A DNA stretch of 64,000 nucleotides from an uncultured Gemmatimonadales bacterium (GTDB lineage Bacteria > Gemmatimonadota > Gemmatimonadetes > Gemmatimonadales > GWC2-71-9), in contig CAWCFX010000002.1 of assembly GCA_963795085.1 (NCBI GenBank), forward strand, positions 256,001-320,000, given 5' to 3'. Of the stretch, positions 38,566 to 47,886 are shown one piece after another; the stretch's first letter is position 1; each line of letters opens with the position of its first letter. The notes under the pieces were generated by a model, which was not told where the DNA came from, ran no database searches, and saw only the letters and a program-made list of their open reading frames with translations. The position numbers were made by a program, and so were the translations under genes.

Positions 38566-39033
38566 TTAGAACGACACCCGCATGCCCATGAGGGTCGCGC
38601 CGTTGGCCTCGCGGACCTCGGGCTCGAACGGAATATTGCCGGGCCGGCCCTTGGGCCGGGTCAGCTCCCAGATGAAACCCACCGCAGCCCCGGCCAGTGC
38701 CGTCTGGCCGCCCACCAGCCACGTCCGAGCTCGGCGGTCATAGCGCAGCGAACGCTGGTACGCCTGTTCCAGCCCCGGGTCGGCGTAGGCGCCACCGGGC
38801 AGGACGGTGCACCGGGTCCGGTCGGTGGTGCAGGCATCGGCCACCTCGGCAAAGGCGGCGTCCGCTTCCTGGTGCGCGCTCCGGGCCAGCAGGTTCATCA
38901 CGGCGGATGCCGCGAGCAATCCCCACTTGCCATATTTCACCAGCCCCGGCGAGCCCGCCGGCGGCGTCGCCTGCGCGGCCAGCGGCGGGGCCAGCACGGT
39001 GAACAGCAGGAGGACGATGGCCGCGCGCTTCAT
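38566..39033 (-). CDS. Small exported protein with a C-terminal beta-signal-like end
   Basis: Signal peptide, two hydrophobic helices, ends GMRVSF. Overlaps the upstream stop. Confidence 0.7.
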   Translation of the reverse strand: MKRAAIVLLLFTVLAPPLAAQATPPAGSPGLVKYGKWGLLAASAVMNLLARSAHQEADAAFAEVADACTTDRTRCTVLPGGAYADPGLEQAYQRSLRYDRRARTWLVGGQTALAGAAVGFIWELTRPKGRPGNIPFEPEVREANGATLMGMRVSF

Positions 39034-40139
39034 AGCCGGTACCGGTGCAGGTCGCCCCGGCCGCCGATAGCCAGGAATCCGTCGGGCAGCACCAGCGCGG
39101 GGAGCGCGATCGGCCCGGTGATCTGCACCCGCCAGGCGATGGCGCCGCTCCGGGTGAACCCGAACAGCGTCCCATCGGCGTTGCCCGCGACGATCCATTC
39201 GCCCACCATCACCGGCGGGCTGAGAAAAGGGGACCGGACCCGGACCAGCTGTTCCGCGACGGGGACTGCGGCCAGCAGGATCCGGTAGAGGGTGCCGATC
39301 CGGGTGAGCGCATAGACCGTGTCCCCGGCCAGGAGCAGGGTGCCGATCACCGGTGCGTCCAGCTGCACCGACCAGGCGGCCGCCAGGGAATCGGGCCGCA
39401 TGCCTACCACGAGGGAATCGGTGGTCCCCGCGATCCGGTAGTCCCGGTGCGCCACCCAGCCGCCCAGCACGGTGCCCGGGGTCGGGCGCCGCTCCAGTAC
39501 CTTGCCATCGGCCCCGTTCAGCCGGAACACGGAATCAATGGTGGTGACGATGATGCTGCCGTTGCCGCCTTCGATGGCCGCAGTGCGGGCAATGCCCAGC
39601 CGGCGCCGCCACTGGATGCGGCCGGTGGCCGGATCGAGCGCCAGCACGGTGCCGGTGCGGTTGGCCGCGACGAGGTGGCCATGGGCCAGGGCAGGGGGCG
39701 CCGCCGCGAGCCCGATCTCGGTGTCCCAGAGCCGCTGCCCCCGCACGATGTCAATGCCGTAGGCCCGGCCATCGGGACGCTCGGTGTGGGCATACACCCG
39801 CCGCTGGTCCGCCACCACGCCTTCCGCCACCGGGCCCATCACCCGGGCACTCCATCGGGTGGTGCCGTTCCTGAGGTCAATTGCGATCACGTGGCGGTCG
39901 GCCGCGCCCAGGTAGGCCACGGTGTCGCTGTAGGCGACGGCGCCCCCCAGCCCCCGGCCGGCCCGGCGGGACCAGACTTCCTCCCAGGGCGTGCCCGGAA
40001 GGGCCACCGGCGCGCCCGCGGGCGTGAGATCCACCAGGGGCACGGGCTTGTAGCGGGAACACGCCGCGTTGACGCTTCCGAGGAGCAGGACTAAACTCCA
40101 CCCGCCTTTCCACCAGGTCCGAATGCCCGGAAGGGCCAT
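39030..40139 (-). CDS. PQQ-like beta-propeller lipoprotein (BamB-like)
   Basis: Possible lipobox NAA-C; repeats AIDLRNGTTRW, ALDPATGRIQW, SGAIAW. Confidence 0.82.
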   Translation of the reverse strand: MALPGIRTWWKGGWSLVLLLGSVNAACSRYKPVPLVDLTPAGAPVALPGTPWEEVWSRRAGRGLGGAVAYSDTVAYLGAADRHVIAIDLRNGTTRWSARVMGPVAEGVVADQRRVYAHTERPDGRAYGIDIVRGQRLWDTEIGLAAAPPALAHGHLVAANRTGTVLALDPATGRIQWRRRLGIARTAAIEGGNGSIIVTTIDSVFRLNGADGKVLERRPTPGTVLGGWVAHRDYRIAGTTDSLVVGMRPDSLAAAWSVQLDAPVIGTLLLAGDTVYALTRIGTLYRILLAAVPVAEQLVRVRSPFLSPPVMVGEWIVAGNADGTLFGFTRSGAIAWRVQITGPIALPALVLPDGFLAIGGRGDLHRYRL

Positions 40140-40165
40140 GATGCCTCACACCGTGGTTGGTCGCG

Positions 40166-41464
40166 ATGAACGTAGCCGTACAGATCAGGCAGTTGAGCCA
40201 GCACGCCGGCCAGTCCGTGACCGTGCGCGGGTGGGTGACCACCGTGCGGACCAGCGGGAAACTCGCCTTCGTCAATCTTCGGGACGGGACCGGATACCTG
40301 CAAGCCGTGGTCTCCAAACGGGACGTGCCGGACGCCGCGTGGGCCGCCGCCCAGGCTCTCACCCAGGAAACCTCCCTCAGCGTCACCGGCCTGGTCCGGG
40401 AGGATCCCCGTGCCGCCGGCGGGTACGAGGTCTCGGCGACCGATCTGCAGGTGCTGGGACCCAGCGAGGACTTTCCCATCTCTCCCAAAGAGCATGGGAC
40501 GACTTTCCTCTTCGAGCATAGACACCTCTGGCTCCGGAGCCGCCGGCAGGTGGCTATCGCCCGGGTGCGCCACGAGGTCATCCAGGCGATGCGGGACTTC
40601 TTTCACCAGGATGGTTTTACCCTGGTGGACGCCCCCATCCTGACCGGGTCAATCGGGGAAGAGGCCGGCAACCTGTTCGCCACCGACTACTTCGACCTGG
40701 GCAAGGCCTATCTCGCCCAGACCGGGCAGCTCTACATCGAGGCCGCCGCGGCCGCCCTCGGCAAGGTGTACTGCTTCGGGCCCACCTTCCGCGCCGAGAA
40801 GTCCAAGACCCGCCGGCACCTGACCGAGTTCTGGATGGTGGAGCCGGAGGTGGCCTTCAACGATTCCGACGACAACATGCGGCTGCAGGAGCGGTTCGTC
40901 TCCTACATCGTCGGCCGCGCCCTGGAGACCCGGTCGGAAGAGCTGAAAGAGCTGGAGCGTGACACCGCGGCCCTGGAGCGGGTCGCAGCGCCGTTCGCCC
41001 GGATCTCCTATACCGATGCCATCAGCACATTAACCGGGTTGGGCTCCGATATCACATGGGGGAAGGACCTCGGCGCCGACGACGAGACCCTGCTGGCAAA
41101 GCAATTCGACCGGCCGGTGTTCGTTTTCAACTATCCCCGGGAGGTCAAGGCATTTTACATGAAGGAAAACCCGGACGACCCGCGGACCGTGCTCAACAAC
41201 GATTGCCTGGCCCCGGAAGGTTACGGCGAGATCATTGGCGGCTCTCAGCGGGAGGATGACCACGACCGGCTGCTGGCCCGAATCCGGGAGCAGGGGCTCG
41301 ATCCCGCCGCGTATGGCTGGTACCTCGACCTCAGGAAGTACGGCACCTTCGTGCACTCCGGCTTCGGCCTCGGGGTGGAGCGCACGATCGCCTGGATCTG
41401 CGGCCTACCCCACATCCGGGAAGCGATCGCGTTCCCGCGACAGATCCACCGGCTCCACCCATGA
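40166..41464 (+). CDS. asnS: Asparagine-tRNA ligase
   Basis: N-terminal OB fold, RHLWLRS, FGPTFRAEKSKTRRHLTEFWM, GEIIGGSQRE, HSGFGLGVER. Confidence 0.96.
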   Translation: MNVAVQIRQLSQHAGQSVTVRGWVTTVRTSGKLAFVNLRDGTGYLQAVVSKRDVPDAAWAAAQALTQETSLSVTGLVREDPRAAGGYEVSATDLQVLGPSEDFPISPKEHGTTFLFEHRHLWLRSRRQVAIARVRHEVIQAMRDFFHQDGFTLVDAPILTGSIGEEAGNLFATDYFDLGKAYLAQTGQLYIEAAAAALGKVYCFGPTFRAEKSKTRRHLTEFWMVEPEVAFNDSDDNMRLQERFVSYIVGRALETRSEELKELERDTAALERVAAPFARISYTDAISTLTGLGSDITWGKDLGADDETLLAKQFDRPVFVFNYPREVKAFYMKENPDDPRTVLNNDCLAPEGYGEIIGGSQREDDHDRLLARIREQGLDPAAYGWYLDLRKYGTFVHSGFGLGVERTIAWICGLPHIREAIAFPRQIHRLHP

Positions 41465-41468
41465 GGCC

Positions 41469-41526
41469 GTGAGAGGTGAGAAGTGAGCAAGCCGTTCCCT
41501 TTCACTGCTCACCTCCTACCTCTCAC
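41469..41526. repeat. Heptamer-built inverted repeat between convergent asnS and mazG
   Basis: GTGAGAG GTGAGAA GTGAGCA-N16-TGCTCAC CTCCTAC CTCTCAC (18 of 21 positions complementary). Confidence 0.85.
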
Positions 41527-42277
41527 TCCGCTTGGCGTGGTTCCACATCTCATCCAGTTTCTCAAGTCCCAGCCCGTCCACCTCGAGTCCTTTCTCGGCG
41601 GCGAGCCGCTCTACCTCCGTAAACCGGCGCCGGAAGCGGGCGTTGGCGCGGTCCAGGGCCAGGCCCGGGTCCACCCGGGCTTTGCGCGCCAGGTTGACCA
41701 CGGCGAAGAGGAGGTCGCCGATCTCCTCGGTCACCCGGTCGGGCACCGGTCCGTCGCCCGCGGCGGCGGGGAGTTCCGCTTCGACTTCCGCCAGCTCCTC
41801 GCGAACCTTCGCGGCGGGGCCGGCGGTGTCGGGCCAGTCGAACCCGACGGACGCGGCTCGCTGCTGGAGGCGGTAGGCCAGCGCCAGGCTGGGGAGGGTG
41901 GCCGGCAGGCCGTCCAGCGTCCCGCCGTTTCGTTCCCGGCGCTTGAGCTGCTCCCACGGTTCCGGCGGACCGGCATCGAAGAGCTGCGGGTGGCGGCGGC
42001 GCATCTTCCGCTCCAGGTCGGCGGCGGCATCGTCCGGCGTGAACTCGCCCCGCTCGCCGGCGATGACGAACTGCCACGCGAGGTGGAGCAGCAAATCGCC
42101 CACCTCGTCGCGGATCTGGGCCGGGTCCTCCTCGCGGAGCGCGGCGTCGAGTTCGAGGACTTCCTCGACCAGGTAGGGTCGCAACGTCTCCCGGGTCTGG
42201 ACCCGGTCCCAGGGGCACCGGTTCCGAAGGTCCCGAACCATCGCGATGGCGCGTCCAAGCGCTGAATTGTCTTGCAT
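41516..42277 (-). CDS. mazG: Nucleoside triphosphate pyrophosphohydrolase MazG
   Basis: CPWDRVQT, EVGDLL, RRHP, GFDW, EEIGDLLFAVVN. Confidence 0.95.
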   Translation of the reverse strand: MQDNSALGRAIAMVRDLRNRCPWDRVQTRETLRPYLVEEVLELDAALREEDPAQIRDEVGDLLLHLAWQFVIAGERGEFTPDDAAADLERKMRRRHPQLFDAGPPEPWEQLKRRERNGGTLDGLPATLPSLALAYRLQQRAASVGFDWPDTAGPAAKVREELAEVEAELPAAAGDGPVPDRVTEEIGDLLFAVVNLARKARVDPGLALDRANARFRRRFTEVERLAAEKGLEVDGLGLEKLDEMWNHAKRSER

Positions 42278-42312
42278 TTATCCTCCGTGACGGGTTATGA
42301 TACCCGCCGCCT

Positions 42313-43404
42313 GTGACCACGTCAAACACGCCGTCCACCGCCCGGATCTGGGCCGATATCGATCTCAGCGCGGTCCTCTCGAATGCCCGCACCGTGGAGC
42401 ACGCGGTCTCCGGCGGGCCGGGCACCCGCCTGCTCCCCATGGTCAAGGCGGGCGGCTACGGTGTCGGCGCCGTCCCGGTGGCGCGGATACTCGAGCGGCT
42501 GGACCCGTGGGGGTTCGGGGTGGCCACCCTCGCCGAGGGGGTCGAGTTACGCATGGCGGGCATCAACCGGCCGGTCGTGGTCTTTACCCCCCTGCAACAG
42601 GGAACAACGCCGCTCTATGCGGAGCACAACCTCCGGCCGGCCATCGGGGACCCCGCGGCCCTGGCGGAGTGGGTGCAGGCGGGAACGCTGCCGTTCCACG
42701 TCGAAATAGACACCGGCATGGGCCGCTCCGGTTTCCGGTGGGATGGGGCGGAAGATATCGCCCGCCTGGCCGCGCTGCTGGGGCCCGCGAGCGGGTGGGA
42801 AGGTCTCTTCACCCATTTCCATTCGGTGGATGAGTCGCCCGGGAGCGTCACCCAGCAATGGCAGCGCTTCATGCAGGTGCTGCCGGCCCTTCCGCGCCGG
42901 CCGGCCCTGGTCCATGCCGCCAACAGCGGCGCCGCTCTCCGGCATCCCGAGGTGGCCGGCGACCTGGTGCGGCCCGGGATTTTTCTCTACGGCGGCGAGG
43001 CCGGAGGGCGCTATCCTTCACCCGTTGTGATGCTTCAGGCCCGGGTGATCGCGGTGCGCCGGCTGACCGCCGGAGACACGGTGAGCTATGGAGCCGCATG
43101 GACGGCCGGCGAGCCCACGACGGTGGCCACCCTGGGCGCCGGCTACGCCGATGGCATTCACAGGGCCCTGGGCAACCGGGGCCGGGTGGAGTTGAGCGGT
43201 ATGGTGGTGCCGATCGCGGGGAGGGTCACCATGGACATGACCATGGTGGCCCTGCCTGCGGGCACCCCGGTGGCGCCCGGCGATGTTGCCACGATCATCG
43301 GCGGCCGGGTGCCGCTCGATCTGCAGGCGGCGGCCGCCGACACGATCGCCTACGAGTTGCTGACCAGCATGAGCGCCCGGGTGGAGCGCCGCTACCGCGA
43401 GTAA
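42313..43404 (+). CDS. alr: Alanine racemase
   Basis: MVKAGGYG, DTGMGRSG, HAANS, VRPGI, VSYG, GYADG, GRVTMD. Confidence 0.94.
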   Translation: MTTSNTPSTARIWADIDLSAVLSNARTVEHAVSGGPGTRLLPMVKAGGYGVGAVPVARILERLDPWGFGVATLAEGVELRMAGINRPVVVFTPLQQGTTPLYAEHNLRPAIGDPAALAEWVQAGTLPFHVEIDTGMGRSGFRWDGAEDIARLAALLGPASGWEGLFTHFHSVDESPGSVTQQWQRFMQVLPALPRRPALVHAANSGAALRHPEVAGDLVRPGIFLYGGEAGGRYPSPVVMLQARVIAVRRLTAGDTVSYGAAWTAGEPTTVATLGAGYADGIHRALGNRGRVELSGMVVPIAGRVTMDMTMVALPAGTPVAPGDVATIIGGRVPLDLQAAAADTIAYELLTSMSARVERRYRE

Positions 43405-43417
43405 GGGAATCAACCCG

Positions 43418-43675
43418 ATGAACCCTCATTTTGCCACGCTTGTCGTCGGACTGGCCTCGCAGGCGGAGGCCGCCCTCAGCGGCAACCTCCCGCCGGAGAT
43501 GGTCGCCCAGGCCGGCGGTAGCCCCCGCCAGGTGGCCCAGATGCTGATTGACACCCTGGGGATGCTGGAGACCAAGATGGACGGCCGTCTCGACGACGAC
43601 GAGAAGAAGCTGCTGGGCGAGGCGCTGACGGGGCTCCGTTTCCGGTTCGTGCAATCCGGAAAGGGCGGATCGTGA
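43418..43675 (+). CDS. DUF1844-family small protein
   Basis: IDTLGMLETKMDGRLDDDEKKLL...LRFRFV pattern. Confidence 0.75.
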   Translation: MNPHFATLVVGLASQAEAALSGNLPPEMVAQAGGSPRQVAQMLIDTLGMLETKMDGRLDDDEKKLLGEALTGLRFRFVQSGKGGS

Positions 43676-44838
43676 GACGGGCGGCGCTCCTCGTCCTCGA
43701 CGGCGTCGGTATCGGCCCAGCGCACGATACCGCCCGTTACGGCGATGACGGGAGTAATACGCTGGACAACCTGGCCCGGGCGGTGGGCGGGCTCGCCCTG
43801 CCCAACCTGGAGAAGCTGGGCCTCGGCTGCTGCGCCCCGATCGAGGGGATCCGCGCGGTGGAATCTCCGGCCGCCGCCTTTGGGGTCTGCGAGCCGGCCA
43901 GCCACGGCAAGGACAGCACGACGGGGCACTGGGAGATGTGCGGGCACCTGCTGCCCGAGCCGTTTCCCACCTACCCGGACGGATTTCCCGCCGACCTGCT
44001 CGCCCGGTTCGCCGCGGCGACCGGGCGGGGCGTGCTCGGCAACAAGCCGGCCAGCGGTACCGCCATCCTGGATGAGTTCGGCCCCCGGCACCTGATGTCC
44101 GGCGACTGGATCGTGTATACCTCGGCCGACAGCGTCTTCCAGGTCGCCGCGCATGAGCGGGTGGTGCCCCTCAGCGAGCTCTACGAAGCCTGCGTCAAGG
44201 CCCGCGCCCTGCTGGTGCCGCCGCACGGCGTCTCCCGGGTCATCGCCCGGCCCTTCGTGGGCACCGAGGGCGCCTGGATCCGGACCCAGAACCGGCGCGA
44301 CCTGAGCCTGGCGCCTCCGGGTCCCACGCTTCTGGACCTGCTCCGCGACAAGCACATTCCCCGGCTCGGCGTGGGCAAGGTGGACGACCTTTTCGCCGGC
44401 CGGAACATCCTGAGCGTACACACGGCGACCAACCAGGAGGCGTACCGCATGATCCGGGACGCGCTCCGGACCCTGGAGCGGGGGCTGTTGTTCGCCAATA
44501 TCATCGAGTTCGACCAGACCTGGGGCCATCGGAACGATGTCCCCGGATTCCACCGCGGGCTCCAGGAACTCGACCGGGCGCTGCCCGATGTGCTGGGAGC
44601 CGTCCGGGAGGACGATCTGGTTATTATTACCGCCGATCACGGGAACGATCCGACCACGCCGTCCACCGACCATTCGCGGGAGATCGTCCCGCTCCTGGTG
44701 TATGGGCCCCGGGTCCGCCCGGTGGCGCTGGGTCGCCGGTCCACGTTCGCCGACATGGGGCAGACCGTGGCGGAATTCCTGGGGACCGCGCCGCTGGCGG
44801 CCGGCACCTCGTTTCTGAAGGAGGTTTGGACCGAATGA
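43672..44838 (+). CDS. deoB: Phosphopentomutase
   Basis: VLDGVGIG, GKDSTTGHWE, YTSADSVFQVAAHE, TADHGNDP, HSRE. Confidence 0.96.
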   Translation: MRRAALLVLDGVGIGPAHDTARYGDDGSNTLDNLARAVGGLALPNLEKLGLGCCAPIEGIRAVESPAAAFGVCEPASHGKDSTTGHWEMCGHLLPEPFPTYPDGFPADLLARFAAATGRGVLGNKPASGTAILDEFGPRHLMSGDWIVYTSADSVFQVAAHERVVPLSELYEACVKARALLVPPHGVSRVIARPFVGTEGAWIRTQNRRDLSLAPPGPTLLDLLRDKHIPRLGVGKVDDLFAGRNILSVHTATNQEAYRMIRDALRTLERGLLFANIIEFDQTWGHRNDVPGFHRGLQELDRALPDVLGAVREDDLVIITADHGNDPTTPSTDHSREIVPLLVYGPRVRPVALGRRSTFADMGQTVAEFLGTAPLAAGTSFLKEVWTE

Positions 44839-45245
44839 GCCGGGACAACCTGGTGGAAGCCGCCCGCGCCGTGCAGCAGCACGCCTATGCGCCCTATTCG
44901 CGCTACCGGGTGGGCGCCGCGCTTGAAACCGAAGACGGATCCGCGTTCGTCGGGTGCAACGTCGAAAATGCCTCCTTCGGCCTGACCAACTGCGCCGAGC
45001 GGGTGGCGGTGGGCGCCGCGGTGGCGGCGGGCAAACGGGAATTCCGGCGGCTGGTCGTGGTCTCCGATTCCGATCCGCCGGCACCGCCCTGCGGGGCCTG
45101 CCGCCAGGTGCTGATGGAGTTCGGTCCCGACCTGCTGGTCGAATCGGTCGGGCCGGACCGCACCATGCGCTGGGTGCTGCGCGACCTGCTCCCGGCGTCC
45201 TTTGATGCCCAGCTGTTGCCGACTTCTGACAAGGTTTCTGGATGA
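44835..45245 (+). CDS. cdd: Cytidine deaminase
   Basis: AYAPYS, GCNVENAS, CAER, PCGACRQ. Confidence 0.96.
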   Translation: MSRDNLVEAARAVQQHAYAPYSRYRVGAALETEDGSAFVGCNVENASFGLTNCAERVAVGAAVAAGKREFRRLVVVSDSDPPAPPCGACRQVLMEFGPDLLVESVGPDRTMRWVLRDLLPASFDAQLLPTSDKVSG

Positions 45246-46459
45246 CATTGCCATATCGGTCCCCGGGTCGAACCGTGCTGCTCGGGGCCTTGCTGGTGCT
45301 CGCCGGTGCCGCCTGCCGCGACGAACTGACCACGCCGGTGGATTGCCCCGCGCTCTGTCCCGGCGGCCAGCCGCTGGTGCAGGACACCATTCTCACCGCG
45401 ATCCCCGGCCAGGACAGCTCCTACACCGGGTACGTGGCGGCCGGCCTCGGCCCCTCGCTCCGGATCAGCAACGGCCTCCCCGCCTCGGAGGACCGGGCGG
45501 TGGTGCTGTTCCTGCCCCGGCCCGATTCCCTGACGGTGGACGGGTCGGCCCGGGCCATCACCGGGCTCGATTCCGCCGCCATCGCCGTCACCCTCCAGGC
45601 CCGGGACACCACCGTTACCGGCCTTACGCTGTACCTCTACCGGCTGGGCACCGATCTCGACACCACGACTACCTTCGCCGACGTGGAACCCCAGATGGTG
45701 CCCGCCAACCTGGTGGACAGCATCGTGGTGCCCGATTCGATCAAGAGCGGCGTGCTGCGAGTCGTGATCACCGGCGCCGACACCGCGAAGATCACCACCG
45801 ACACCGCGGGTCGGTTCGCCATGGGGGTCAAGATCGCCGCGGACGCGCCCACCGGGGTCCGGATCGCCAGTATCGCCGCCGCCGGTTCCCCCAACGTGAC
45901 CCACTACGTCCGGGTGGACATCGCGGATACCCTCAAGCAGAAGCAGACGTTCGTCCGGTTTCCCCAGTTCACCACGTTCGTCTCCCAGAACCCGCCACCC
46001 CAGGATCCCGACCTGCTCCCGGTGGGCGGGGCGCCGTCATCCCGCTCGCTGCTCCGGTTCAGCCTGCCGGTGGCGCTGCGCGACTCGGTTACCATTCTCC
46101 GGGCCACCCTGGAGCTGACTCCTAACGCACCCATCCTGGGGCTGCCCAACGACCCGGCCCTGCTCCAGGCGTTCGGCGTGGTCGGCGACCTCGGCGCCAA
46201 GAGCCCGATTATCAGCACCGGGAGCACCATCGGCTTCGTCGAGCTGGCCAGCGGCACCACCGACACGGTGGCCATTGATATCACCCGGCTGGTGCGGTTC
46301 TGGCAGACCGACACCGGGCTGCCGCAGCTGATCTTCCTCGCGCTGGCGCCGGAAGCCGCCAGCTTCACCCAGCCCGTCTTCCGGTCCACCCGCTCCGGCA
46401 GCGGAGCGCCGCGCATCCGGCTGACCTACTACCGGAAATTCCCGTTCGAGGTGCCCTGA
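45242..46459 (+). CDS. Uncharacterised beta-rich lipoprotein
   Basis: Lipobox GAA-C followed by CPALC. ATGA overlap with cdd. Confidence 0.75.
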   Translation: MTLPYRSPGRTVLLGALLVLAGAACRDELTTPVDCPALCPGGQPLVQDTILTAIPGQDSSYTGYVAAGLGPSLRISNGLPASEDRAVVLFLPRPDSLTVDGSARAITGLDSAAIAVTLQARDTTVTGLTLYLYRLGTDLDTTTTFADVEPQMVPANLVDSIVVPDSIKSGVLRVVITGADTAKITTDTAGRFAMGVKIAADAPTGVRIASIAAAGSPNVTHYVRVDIADTLKQKQTFVRFPQFTTFVSQNPPPQDPDLLPVGGAPSSRSLLRFSLPVALRDSVTILRATLELTPNAPILGLPNDPALLQAFGVVGDLGAKSPIISTGSTIGFVELASGTTDTVAIDITRLVRFWQTDTGLPQLIFLALAPEAASFTQPVFRSTRSGSGAPRIRLTYYRKFPFEVP

Positions 46460-47614
46460 GTGCGCGTATTCTTCGCAGGCCTGCTGATCCTCGCGTCGGC
46501 GCCGACGCTGGCGGCCCAATCCTCGATCTTCGGCGCCCGCGGCCTGGGTCTCCCCGGCCGGGGCTACTCGGCGCAGGGCTGGGGCCTGAGCGGGGGCAAC
46601 AGCCTCTTTGACCCCGAGTCGAGCCGCAACCCGGCCAGCATCGCGCGGCTGCTCACCATCACCGCGGGGTTCCAGGTGGTGCCGGAGTGGCGCAGCGTGA
46701 CCACCCCGGCCGGCGACGAGTCGGCGCGGCAGACCCAGTTCCCCCTGTTTACGGTGGCGGGACCGGTGCGGTCCACCCTCCTGGGGGTGGGACTCAGCAT
46801 GACCAACTACGCCTCGCGCGACTTCAACCTGGTCTCCACTCACACGGAGACCATCCGGGGCGCGCCGGTGGACGTGACCGATACCCTGCAGTCACGGGGC
46901 GGGCTCAACGACATCCGCCTGGCGGTGAGCTACCTGGCGGGGCCCAAGCTCGACCTGGGCATCGGCGTGCATGTGCTCACCGGGGTCAACCGGATGGAAC
47001 AAACCCGGGCCTTTTCCGACACGGCGTTTCTCCCGTCCAGCCAGAGCGCCGAACTGAGCTATGCGGGGTTCGGGCTGTCGCTGGGCGCGGTGTACCGCCC
47101 CAGCGCCCGCCTCAGCCTGGCCGCCATGGTGCGGTCGGACAACAAGGCCTCGGTGGACCTCGACTCCACCAACATCGATGCGGTGGACCTGCCGTACACT
47201 CTCGGGGCAGGGGTGCAGCTGCAGGCCTCGTCCCGGCTTCTGGCGGCGGGACAGGTCACCTACCGGACCTGGTCCGGCGCCAACAGCGACCTGATCGAGC
47301 AGGGCGGCGTGGGTGCCCGGAACACCGTCGAGCTCAACGCCGGCCTCGAGTACACCCGCGACCCCCGGACCCCGTGGCGCCGCCCCCTCCGCCTTGGCGT
47401 GCGCTACGCCCAGCTGCCCTTCCTGTTGACTCCGGGCGGTGACCGGCCGACCGAACTGGGCGTCACCATCGGGACGGGCACCCGCTTCGCCGGCCAGCGC
47501 GGCGGCGTCAACATCGCGCTCGAAAGGACCTGGCGCCGCCTCGGCAGCGACTACCGCGAGTCGGGCTGGATCTTCGTGCTCGGCGTCTCGGTGCGGCCGG
47601 CCCTATCGCAATAA
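46460..47614 (+). CDS. Outer-membrane beta-barrel (FadL/OmpP1-like)
   Basis: Signal peptide, N-terminal plug-like segment with NPA, alternating beta strands. Confidence 0.65.
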   Translation: MRVFFAGLLILASAPTLAAQSSIFGARGLGLPGRGYSAQGWGLSGGNSLFDPESSRNPASIARLLTITAGFQVVPEWRSVTTPAGDESARQTQFPLFTVAGPVRSTLLGVGLSMTNYASRDFNLVSTHTETIRGAPVDVTDTLQSRGGLNDIRLAVSYLAGPKLDLGIGVHVLTGVNRMEQTRAFSDTAFLPSSQSAELSYAGFGLSLGAVYRPSARLSLAAMVRSDNKASVDLDSTNIDAVDLPYTLGAGVQLQASSRLLAAGQVTYRTWSGANSDLIEQGGVGARNTVELNAGLEYTRDPRTPWRRPLRLGVRYAQLPFLLTPGGDRPTELGVTIGTGTRFAGQRGGVNIALERTWRRLGSDYRESGWIFVLGVSVRPALSQ

Positions 47615-47872
47615 CCAAAGGGCGGTAAACAAAAAGGGCGGTAAAGAAAGGGGCGGTGAACTCGGCAGGAGAACAAGGCGGTAGGACTGGGCGGTACGGG
47701 TAGTCAGCCGGCACACCGTGGGTGCGATCCACACCTCGAAATGCGTCCGCTTCAGCGTAAGCCGTTGGCCTCCCTGTCTTGCCGCCCTTTTTTCTACCGC
47801 CTTGTTTCTACCGCCCTTTATCATACCGCCGAGTTCTACCGCCCTGTTATTTACCGCCTTTTTCTACCGCCC
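47615..47872. repeat. Palindromic array A: about 6 GGCGGTA-type units facing 7 TACCGCC-type units
   Basis: Left cores at 47621, 47637, 47652, 47664, 47677, 47690. Right cores at 47780, 47795, 47809, 47824, 47837, 47852, 47865. Confidence 0.92.
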
Positions 47873-47886
47873 ACCAACGAGGCATC

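Noticed and set aside
47603..47824. 73-aa minus-strand ORF across array A
   Set aside because: Mostly translated repeat. The resemblance to four-helix-bundle proteins is too weak to call a gene.
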